18,848 bases of DNA, taken from NCBI GenBank assembly GCA_035285125.1, contig JAYKHR010000005.1, forward strand, positions 1 through 18,848, read 5' to 3'. The translations under genes and the position numbers were made by a program. The notes beneath the pieces are model-generated. The model was not told where the DNA came from. It worked only from the letters and a program-made list of their open reading frames with translations, and did no database searches. The stretch is from Candidatus Sericytochromatia bacterium. Lineage in GTDB: Bacteria; Cyanobacteriota; Sericytochromatia; S15B-MN24; JAQBPE01. This document shows, piece by piece, positions 9,228 to 16,392 of this stretch; the first letter of the stretch is position 1, and each line of letters begins with the position of its first letter.

Positions 9228-10487
9228 TCAGCGCGCCTCGGCCACCACCTGCCACCGGCCGGCGACCCGCACCACGCCGACGCGCAGCTCCGGCAACCGC
9301 CAGCGGTGGGCGGCCAGCCGAGACAAGGCGGCGAGCGCGGGCCTCACGGCCCCTGCCGCCAGCGCGAGGAGCCTGGCGGTGGGCGTGCGCGCGATCTCGA
9401 CGGGCATCGCCGTCTCCCAGTCGGACGCGAAGGCCGCGGCCAGCACGCCGGCCATCGTGGGCTCCTGCACGGCCGCGAGCCACTCGCCCTGAGCGGCGAA
9501 GCCGGTGCGGGTCCACGGCGTCGTCGCGATCACGAGGGTGGCCTCGTCCACGACGGCGGCCCGCATCGCCAGGGCGCCCGCCGTCAGCACGCGCACGTCG
9601 AGGCCGGCGGCCTTGAGCGAGGCGGCGGCCGCGCTGGCCTCGTCGAGCCCGAGGCGCGCGGCCCAGGTGGCGTCCGGGGCCAGGCCCGCGTCGTCCAGCA
9701 GCACCCGGACGGAGACGCCCCGGCCCTGGGCTGCCACGAGGGCCGCGACCACGTCGGGATCCGTCAGGACGTCGGCCAGCACGACCACCGAGCTCCGGGC
9801 GCCGCGCAACGCGGCCAGCAGGATGCCCCGCGCCGAGCGCCGTCCGTGCCCGACGCCGCCGAGGCGCACGGTGGCCTGGCTGGTGGCCGCGAACACCGTG
9901 GGCGGTTCGGGCAGCGTGGCAGGGGCCCCGCCTGCGGCCGCCCAGTCCGCGTTGAAGAACCGCCCCAGCTCCCAGGCGGCCTCGCCGGCGAGCCGCAGCA
10001 GCCCGGCCCGGGCGACCCGGCCGCGCGGGGGATGCGCACCGAGCAGCGCGACGCGATCGTCCGCCACCAGCCACTGGCCGACGGGCGTCAGGGTGCCGGC
10101 AGGCACGCTGCGCACCAGCAGGCCCCGGGCGCGGGCTTCCGCCAGCGCAGCCTCCCGCTCCGCGGAGCGAGGACCCCACGCCAGCACCTGGACCCGCACG
10201 CCCTGCTCAGCCCGTCGGGCAAGGGCCCGGGCCAGCGCGTTCCCCCCCGGGCCCGTGAGCGCATCGAGGCTGACCTTCAGGGTGGTGCGGGCCTCGTGGA
10301 CGGCCTCCAGCCAGGCGGCCTGGTGCTCCGTCGCGTCCGACAGGAGGGTCGCGCGAGCCCGCAAGGCGCTAGCTTGAGGGCCCACCGACGCGCCACCGCC
10401 GCCGGCCTCCGCTTCGGTGCGGGCCAGCTGCAGCGGCCCGGGTGCCTGCGGGGCACGCGGCGTCTGCGAAGAGAGGGCTTGGAGCAT
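9228..10487 (-). CDS. Phospholipase D/cardiolipin synthase-fold protein with both HKD motifs degenerate (probable pseudoenzyme)
   Basis: PLD scaffold motifs: ALARRAEQGVRVQVL, LAGEAAWELGRFFNADW, ARSSVVVL...VAALVAAQGRGVSVRVLLD, AFASDW. The HxKxxxxD positions read VGQWLVAD and AMRAAVVD. Start is ATG 10487 (or TTG 10490) with AGGAAGG upstream. Confidence 0.82.
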   Translation of the reverse strand: MLQALSSQTPRAPQAPGPLQLARTEAEAGGGGASVGPQASALRARATLLSDATEHQAAWLEAVHEARTTLKVSLDALTGPGGNALARALARRAEQGVRVQVLAWGPRSAEREAALAEARARGLLVRSVPAGTLTPVGQWLVADDRVALLGAHPPRGRVARAGLLRLAGEAAWELGRFFNADWAAAGGAPATLPEPPTVFAATSQATVRLGGVGHGRRSARGILLAALRGARSSVVVLADVLTDPDVVAALVAAQGRGVSVRVLLDDAGLAPDATWAARLGLDEASAAAASLKAAGLDVRVLTAGALAMRAAVVDEATLVIATTPWTRTGFAAQGEWLAAVQEPTMAGVLAAAFASDWETAMPVEIARTPTARLLALAAGAVRPALAALSRLAAHRWRLPELRVGVVRVAGRWQVVAEAR

Positions 10488-10506
10488 CAAGGCGGGCCTT
10501 CCTGGA

Positions 10507-10580
10507 CTTAACTTCCCCTTAATTATAGGGGGCCAGGCCCGCGACTTGCGTGCTTCTTTAAAGTAGTCTTAAACGAATTT
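10507..10580 (-). promoter_or_regulatory. Putative sigma70-type promoter of the PLD-like gene with two TTAA-N7-TTAA pairs
   Basis: The most AT-rich patch in the window. Perfect TATAAT on the minus strand at 10522-10527. TTAA occurs at 10508, 10519, 10558 and 10569. No clear TTGACA-like -35. Confidence 0.6.
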
Positions 10581-11234
10581 TCAACTTTGGCCGCCGGGCT
10601 CCGCGCCCTCCGCGACCACCGGGTTCCACAGCGTGCCGATACCGGGCGCCCAGACCTCCACCACGTCACCCGCCCGCAGCGGGCCGACGCCGCTGGGGGT
10701 CCCCGTGGCGACGAGGTCCCCAGGCTCCAACGTGCAGAAGCGGCTCAGGTGCGCGATGAGCCTGGGAATGGGGAAGATCAGCTGGCTCGTGCGGGCAGCC
10801 TGCCGCACCTCGCCGTTGACGATGGTCTTGAGCTCCAAGTCTGTCACGTCGAGGCCTGAGACCACCGCGGGGCCCACGGGGGCGAAGGTGTCGAAGCCCT
10901 TCGCCCTCGCCCACTGACCGTCGGCCTGCTGGAGGTCCCGCGCCGTCACGTCGTTGATGAGCGTGTAGCCGCCAATGACGCTCCAGGCATCGGCCTCCGA
11001 GACGTTCCGGCAACGGGTCCCGATGACGAGCACCAGCTCGCCCTCGTAGTCCACCCGGGACGAAAGGGCCGGCAGCACGATGGCCTCGCCGTCGCCCACC
11101 AAGGCGCTCGGCGGCTTGAGGAACACCAGCGGCTCAGGCGGGGGCGCGTGGCCGAGTTCGGCCGCGTGGTCAGCGTAGTTGCGGCCGATGCAGAGGATCT
11201 TGGAGGGGCGAACGGGCAGCATCGGGGCCGTCAC
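10581..11234 (-). CDS. Fumarylacetoacetate hydrolase family protein (short FAHD1/YcgM-like form)
   Basis: [61 protein letters not shown]. The likely start is GTG 11234 (GTGA overlap with the HNH stop) or ATG 11222, rather than 11318. Confidence 0.95.
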   Translation of the reverse strand: MTAPMLPVRPSKILCIGRNYADHAAELGHAPPPEPLVFLKPPSALVGDGEAIVLPALSSRVDYEGELVLVIGTRCRNVSEADAWSVIGGYTLINDVTARDLQQADGQWARAKGFDTFAPVGPAVVSGLDVTDLELKTIVNGEVRQAARTSQLIFPIPRLIAHLSRFCTLEPGDLVATGTPSGVGPLRAGDVVEVWAPGIGTLWNPVVAEGAEPGGQS

Positions 11235-11704
11235 CAACCCATCAGCTTGTTCCAGAGGTCGTGCGAGACCTCGAGCGCGCGCGGCGGCTTGGGGGCCTTG
11301 CGCAGGGTCAGGCCGCACTCCTCGGGACGGCGATCACCCTTGCGGTTGTTGCAGGCCACGCAGGCGGCGACCAGGTTCTCCCAGGTGTCCTTGCCGCCGC
11401 GGGCGCGCGGCAGGACGTGGTCCAGCGTCAGGTTGGCGTGCGTCCCGCAGTACTGGCACGTCTGGCCGTCGCGACGGAAGATGGCCTGCCGCGTGGGTCG
11501 CATCGCCTCATAGTAGCGGTTCACCACTGCCTTCACGAGCAGCCGGATGGCCATCGGGATGCGCATCACCACCGAGGGAGACCGCATGGTCTCGTCGCTG
11601 TCCTTCACCGACACGGCCTTGCCCAGGTAGAGCAGGCGGATGGCCCGTTCGATGCCACAGGTGTACAGCGGCTGGTAGGTGCTGCTCAGGACCAGGACCT
11701 GCAT
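11231..11704 (-). CDS. HNH endonuclease (McrA/HNH_5-type, zinc-binding) with PLMP/RRXRR-like N-terminus
   Basis: ATG 11704 with GAGGAG 6 nt upstream, 157 aa. [13 protein letters not shown]...[38 protein letters not shown] contains two CxxC pairs and the DH...N...N nuclease residues. Confidence 0.93.
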   Translation of the reverse strand: MQVLVLSSTYQPLYTCGIERAIRLLYLGKAVSVKDSDETMRSPSVVMRIPMAIRLLVKAVVNRYYEAMRPTRQAIFRRDGQTCQYCGTHANLTLDHVLPRARGGKDTWENLVAACVACNNRKGDRRPEECGLTLRKAPKPPRALEVSHDLWNKLMGW

Positions 11705-11838
11705 GGCGTTCTCCTCGGGGGCGGTGTCGTTCGGGGTGTGGCTGCGTTCCTTGCGGGGATGGGGCGATGTCGGGGTGCGAGATGGTACCGGTCTTGCAGC
11801 CAGGACCACAAGGGCCGCTCGTGGCGTGACCCTGGGGA

Positions 11839-11848
11839 ATTTATACCC
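11839..11848 (-). promoter_or_regulatory. Candidate -10 element GGGTATAAAT upstream of the HNH leader
   Basis: AT-rich hexamer preceded by GGG, 22 nt downstream of the methyltransferase stop. The same core recurs in other intergenic regions. Confidence 0.45.
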
Positions 11849-11870
11849 GGGAGCCTGCGGCGCTCCACGC

Positions 11871-12698
11871 TCAGGACCCGGCCGGCAGCCTCGCCACGGC
11901 CACCAGGTGGAGCGAGGGGGTCAGCCCAGGGGCAATCCGGATGTCGCCGGCGGCGGCGACGAAGCCCGCCCCGTCCCGCACGGGGCGCCGCAGCGACTGC
12001 AGCCGCCGCAGGAGCCCCAGGCCGCCCACGCGGAGGGCCTCGGGCAGCCCTGGGAGCGTCACGGGGAGGGTGGCCCAGGCGAGCCACCTGTAACGCCGCA
12101 ACAGGGGCTGCACCACGGCGGCGTCGCCCGACAGGTCGAGCACCTCGACGTCCGGGAAGTGCACCCGCAGCAACGTCTGCAGGCTCTGGTGGTCGTACTC
12201 CGTCGGGTGCCAGCGGTTCCACGGGCGCTGGAAGGGCAGCAGCCGCGCGTGGCGGTTCGGGGTCGCCAGCAGCAGCGTGCCTCCCGGTGCCAGGACGCGG
12301 CTCACCTCCCGCAGGTGGGCGTGGGGGTTCGCCAGGTGCTCGATCACCTGGAAGGACAGCACGACGTCGAACGCCCCCGCCTCGAAGGGCAGCGCTCCGT
12401 CCCGCGGCAGCAAGCTGTAGGTGAGGTTGGGGGCCGCGTTGTGGCCGGTGGCGTGGGCGAGTGCCTCCGCGCAGACGTCGGCACCCACGACGTGCGCCGC
12501 CACCTGCGCCACCCTGGCGGCGCCATAGCCCGTGCCGCAGCCGAGGTCCAGCACGCGGGCCCCAGCGACGTGCGCGTGGGCGAAGTCGTAGGTGGCCACG
12601 TGCACGAGGCGGTTGAGGTGGTCCTCGCGGGAGGTGGGCGGGCGGTCCATCAGCAGCCGCTCCCCGGTGTCCTGCAAGGCTTCTTGGGGTGGGCTCAC
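11871..12698 (-). CDS. Class I SAM-dependent methyltransferase (Methyltransf_11-like)
   Basis: TGERL...HVATYDFA, VLDLGCGTGYG (motif I), LPFEAGAFDVVLSFQVIEHL, RVLAPGGTLLLATPN, NRWHPTEY. GTG 12698 has GGAGA 7 nt upstream. The longer ORF-track N-terminus would overlap the divergent kinase start. Confidence 0.92.
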   Translation of the reverse strand: MSPPQEALQDTGERLLMDRPPTSREDHLNRLVHVATYDFAHAHVAGARVLDLGCGTGYGAARVAQVAAHVVGADVCAEALAHATGHNAAPNLTYSLLPRDGALPFEAGAFDVVLSFQVIEHLANPHAHLREVSRVLAPGGTLLLATPNRHARLLPFQRPWNRWHPTEYDHQSLQTLLRVHFPDVEVLDLSGDAAVVQPLLRRYRWLAWATLPVTLPGLPEALRVGGLGLLRRLQSLRRPVRDGAGFVAAAGDIRIAPGLTPSLHLVAVARLPAGS

Positions 12699-12882
12699 GG
12701 CTGGTTCTCCAGGAAAAGGCCCGGTCGAGCGGCGCTGGCCGGGGGCGTGGTGGGCACGGGGGTCCTCGTCGGGCGCCGGGGGCGCAAGCTGCACCGGCGC
12801 TCTCGCTTCATACCCGGCGCGAAGGCCGTCGTTGATGCTCGTCGGAGACGGAAGCTCACCGCAGGCGGGTAGAAACCCCGTG

Positions 12883-15800
12883 ATGACCACCGCGCCGCCC
12901 CCCCTGCCCCCCCGCTACCGCCTGCTCGAGGCCCTCGGAGAGGGCGCCATGGGCCAGGTCTGGCGCGTCGAGGATGCCCTGCACCCCGCGGCCCCGCGCG
13001 CCCTCAAGCGCATCAAGGTGGAGGCCGGCGAGGCCGCCGAGCTCACGCTGCGCTTCCAGGCGGAGTTCCACGCGATGGCCCGCCTGCAGCACCCCAACGT
13101 GGTGGGCGTGCACGACTACGGCGTCGGGCCCGACGGGGCGGTCTTCATGGTGATGGACCTCGTGCCGGGCCAGGACCTCGGCGAGGCCCTCGGTGGCCGG
13201 CCGATGGCGCTCAACCCCTTCTATGCGCAGTTCGCGCAGCTGCTGCAGGCCCTCGACTACCTCCACGCGCGCCAGCTCGTGCACCGCGACATCAAGGCCG
13301 CCAACGTGCGCGTCCGGCCGGACGGGGGGCTCGTGCTGATGGACTTCGGCCTCGCCACGCGCGCGGGCGCCGAGGCCGAGGGCGGCGTGAGCGGCACGCC
13401 GGGCTACATGGCCCCGGAGGTGCTGCTGGGCCGCCCCGCCACGGGGGCGGCGGACCTCTACGCCGCCGGCTGCCTGGCTTACGAGATGCTCGCGGGAGGC
13501 CTTCCCTTCCAAGGCGGGGTTCGCGAGGTCCTGCAGGCCCACCTCAGGCAGCGGCCGCCCTCGCTCGCGGCGGCGCGGGCAGACCTGCCGGAGGCGCTGG
13601 TTCAGCTCGTCGGTCGGCTGCTGGAGAAGGACCCGGCGGCCCGGCCTCGCAGCGCCGCAGAGGTGCTGCTGGCGCTGGCGGCGCTGGCGGGCCGGGAGGT
13701 CACGCGCGAGAGCCTGGCCCAGCGGCAGAGCTTTCTGGTCTCGGCCGAGCTCGTTGGGCGCGAGGCCGAGCTCGCCGTGCTCGACGGGGCGATCGCCGAC
13801 GCCTTGGCCGGGCGCGGTCGGGGGGTGCTGGTGGGGGCGCCCGCCGGCACGGGCAAGTCTCGCCTGCTGCAGGAGGTGACGCTGCGGGCCAGGCTGGCCG
13901 GCTTCCTTGTGCTCCACGGCCGCTGCCGTGAGGACGGGGCCGCCCCCTACGAGGCCGTGCGCGAGGGCCTGCGGCCAGGCCTGGCGGCCCTTCGGGCGGA
14001 GGACCTTGCCCGCCACCGCGAGGCCCTGGTGGCCCTCTACCCGGAGCGGCGCGACCCGGACGACCGGGCCTCGCACGCCGTCGAGCCTGCGGGGGTGGTG
14101 GCGCTGTTGGCCGAGCTGGCGGCGCGGCACCCCGTGCTCTGGATCCTGGATGACATGCACTGGGCCGACCCCCAGACCGTCGCGCTCTTGAACACGGGCC
14201 TGCGCGAGCTGGGCGGTCACCGGGTGCTGGGCCTCGGCACCTTCCGGGACGACGAGACGCCCGCCGGCAGCCCCGTCTGGCTGGCGGCCGAGGAGGGCAC
14301 GGGCACGCTCGTGAGGCTCGCGCCGCTGGACCGTGACGGGATGGACGTCCTGCTGGCGGCCCTGCTGCCGGAGGCGATCGTGCCCCCGGGCTTCTCAGAG
14401 GCCCTGTACCGCGCCACGGGGGGCAATCCGCTCTTCGTGCAGGAGGCCCTGCGCGTGCTGCTGGAGGAGGCGCAGCTCCGGCGGGACGCTGGGCGCTGGC
14501 GCTTCCCCGCGGACGACAGCGTGCTCGCGGGCCTGCGGCGGGTGGAGATCACCATCCAGCGCCGCCTGGCGCGGCTGGACGAGGCGCCCCTGCACGTCTT
14601 GCAGGTGGCGGCGGTGCTGGGGGCACGCGGCTCCTTGCGGGCCCTCGCCCGGTGCGTCGACCTCCCGGAAGAGACGCTCTTCGGGGCGCTGGCCGAGCTG
14701 AACGAGCGCCAGCTCCTGCTGCGCGACGCGCACGGCGCCTTCGGGTTCCCGCACGACCGGGTGCGGGAGGTGGCCTACGGCGGCCTGACACCCGATCAGC
14801 GGCAGCCGCTTCACCTGCGGGCGGCCGAGGTGCTGCTCGCCCAGGCCGACGAAGCCGAGGACACGCTCGCCGCCGACATGGCGCGTCACTTCCTGCGAGG
14901 CGGCGACGACGCGCGCGGCCACGCGTGGGCGCTGCGGGCCGCCCGCGTGGCCGAGGCGGCGGGGGCGGATTACGTGGCGCTGGAGCTCCTGGAGGCGGCG
15001 GACGAAGCGCTCGCAAGGCTTCCCGGGGACCACCTCGATCAGCGCCTCCCCCTCTGGCTGAGGCTCGGGCGAGACGGGTTCCACCTGGCGGCCACCCGGG
15101 CTGCACGGGGCCTGGCCCTGGCGCTCGAGGCCCACGCCGGCCAGCCGGAGCGCGTCGAGGCCTTGCTCGCGGTGGAGGGCTTGGGCCTGGCTGATCTGCT
15201 TTTCATGCAGGGACGCGCCCTGGGGGTGCTGGGAGAGGTCCAGGCGGCGCTGGCGCTCGCCGAGCGCCTGGACGCGCTGCCAGCCGCGAGGGAGGGCTTG
15301 CTGGGGCACCTGGCCGCGAACTGTCGGTACATGGCCCTACTTGCCGGCGGCCGCATCGACGAGCTGGTGGCGGTTGCGCGGCGCGTGGCGGCAGACCTCG
15401 AGCGTCACCCCGTCAGCGCGTTGCCGCCCGCGGTCTGGCGCGGCGCCATCGGCACGTACAGCAGCGTCAACGCGGTCGCCCTGCAGGGCCTGCGGCCTGA
15501 CCTGGCCTGGCTGGAGCGGGCCCTCGAGTGCGCGGCGGCCCTGGGAGACCCGGACCCGTTCTTGCCCCGGGTCCACTTCGGCTTCTGGAGTGCCTGGGCC
15601 GGCCACCACGCCGAGACCGAGGCCTACCTCGCCCACACCGTCCGCCGCACCCGCGAGATCGGCGCGCCCCCCAGCCCCTGGGTGCTCTACCTGGCGCCCC
15701 TGCTGCAGTTCCAGCGGGGCGAGTATGCCGAGGCGCTCGCGGCGCTCGAGCGCAGCCTGACGGTCCACGCCCACCTGCGGGAGCAGGCCCTGCCCTTCAC

Positions 15801-16392
15801 GCTGTGCCTGGCGCTGCGCGGGCGGCTGCTCGACGCGCTGGGCCGCGAGGTGGAGGCCCTCGCGGTCTTTGACGATCTGCTGCACGTTGCCCGGGCCAAG
15901 GGGCTGGGGCTGACCCTGATGCAGGCACTTGGCGGCCGGGCCAGCGTGCTGCGGGACGTGGGCCGCGTGCCCGAGGCGCGCGTCTCCTATCAGGAGATGC
16001 TGGGGTTGGCCTGTGCCGGCGCGCTGCGTAACCCGCTGCTGCAGGCCCATGCCTTGATGGGCCTGGGCCTGTGCGACCTCCACGAGGGCAGCCCGAATGC
16101 GCTGAGCCGCCTGGAGGAGGCGCTGGCCATCGTCTCGCGGCCCGAGCTCGACAACCTCCTGCTGCGGGCGCACCTCCAGCGGGCGCGGGCGCGGGTGCTG
16201 GAGGGCCTGGGCCGCCGCGAGGAGGCCAGCCGGGCGCGCGGCGAGACACGCCGCCTGTTCGGCCGGATCGGGCTGCCTTACTGGGTGTTCCAGGTCGAGC
16301 AGGATGCCCTCGCGCCGGTGGCTGTGGCCGGCCCGCCCGTGGCCGAGGCCGTGGTGGAGGCCCGCTTCGAGCGCTTCAAGCGCCTGATGTGA
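12883..16392 (+). CDS. Hanks-type Ser/Thr kinase fused to a STAND-class (AAA_16-like) NTPase and a TPR-like helical C-terminus
   Basis: Kinase: LGEGAMGQV, ALK, HPNVV, HRDIKAAN, DFG, GTPGYMAPE, DLYAAG. NTPase: LVGREAEL, APAGTGKS, WILDDMHWAD, TGGNPLF, FPHDRVRE. Ala/Leu-rich helical repeats follow. Likely start is ATG 12883 (or GTG 12880), not 12592. Confidence 0.92.
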   Translation: MTTAPPPLPPRYRLLEALGEGAMGQVWRVEDALHPAAPRALKRIKVEAGEAAELTLRFQAEFHAMARLQHPNVVGVHDYGVGPDGAVFMVMDLVPGQDLGEALGGRPMALNPFYAQFAQLLQALDYLHARQLVHRDIKAANVRVRPDGGLVLMDFGLATRAGAEAEGGVSGTPGYMAPEVLLGRPATGAADLYAAGCLAYEMLAGGLPFQGGVREVLQAHLRQRPPSLAAARADLPEALVQLVGRLLEKDPAARPRSAAEVLLALAALAGREVTRESLAQRQSFLVSAELVGREAELAVLDGAIADALAGRGRGVLVGAPAGTGKSRLLQEVTLRARLAGFLVLHGRCREDGAAPYEAVREGLRPGLAALRAEDLARHREALVALYPERRDPDDRASHAVEPAGVVALLAELAARHPVLWILDDMHWADPQTVALLNTGLRELGGHRVLGLGTFRDDETPAGSPVWLAAEEGTGTLVRLAPLDRDGMDVLLAALLPEAIVPPGFSEALYRATGGNPLFVQEALRVLLEEAQLRRDAGRWRFPADDSVLAGLRRVEITIQRRLARLDEAPLHVLQVAAVLGARGSLRALARCVDLPEETLFGALAELNERQLLLRDAHGAFGFPHDRVREVAYGGLTPDQRQPLHLRAAEVLLAQADEAEDTLAADMARHFLRGGDDARGHAWALRAARVAEAAGADYVALELLEAADEALARLPGDHLDQRLPLWLRLGRDGFHLAATRAARGLALALEAHAGQPERVEALLAVEGLGLADLLFMQGRALGVLGEVQAALALAERLDALPAAREGLLGHLAANCRYMALLAGGRIDELVAVARRVAADLERHPVSALPPAVWRGAIGTYSSVNAVALQGLRPDLAWLERALECAAALGDPDPFLPRVHFGFWSAWAGHHAETEAYLAHTVRRTREIGAPPSPWVLYLAPLLQFQRGEYAEALAALERSLTVHAHLREQALPFTLCLALRGRLLDALGREVEALAVFDDLLHVARAKGLGLTLMQALGGRASVLRDVGRVPEARVSYQEMLGLACAGALRNPLLQAHALMGLGLCDLHEGSPNALSRLEEALAIVSRPELDNLLLRAHLQRARARVLEGLGRREEASRARGETRRLFGRIGLPYWVFQVEQDALAPVAVAGPPVAEAVVEARFERFKRLM

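Noticed and set aside
9228..10487. Annotating the PLD-fold gene as an active cardiolipin synthase (cls) or a Zucchini/Nuc-type defence nuclease
   Set aside because: Both catalytic histidines are missing.
10515..10531. CCCCT/AGGGG inverted repeat as an intrinsic terminator for the FAH gene
   Set aside because: The stem is only 5 bp with no U-tract on the minus strand. It is better explained as part of the promoter.
11231..11870. Calling the HNH locus a bona fide IscB/HEARO or IS200/IS605 element
   Set aside because: There are no RuvC motifs, the protein is far too short, and no tnpA or element ends are visible. Kept only as an IshB-like hypothesis.
12695..12811. 38-codon minus-strand ORF (MKRERRCSLRPRRPTRTPVPTTPPASAARPGLFLENQP) whose stop overlaps the methyltransferase GTG
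   Set aside because: It has no Shine-Dalgarno, its ATG lies inside the candidate -10 motif, and its composition looks like non-coding GC-rich DNA. The overlap is plausibly chance.
41..12872. Many long plus-strand ORFs (e.g. 3059-5026, 4689-6278, 6357-7568, 9306-10511) and alternative-frame minus ORFs (2955-4610, 8530-10179)
   Set aside because: They are Arg/Pro/Gly/Ala-rich shadow frames of motif-supported genes, expected when stop codons are scarce at high GC. None has a recognisable domain.
12856..16249. Minus-strand ORFs of 454, 304 and 278 aa inside the kinase gene
   Set aside because: Antisense shadows of a well-supported plus-strand CDS.
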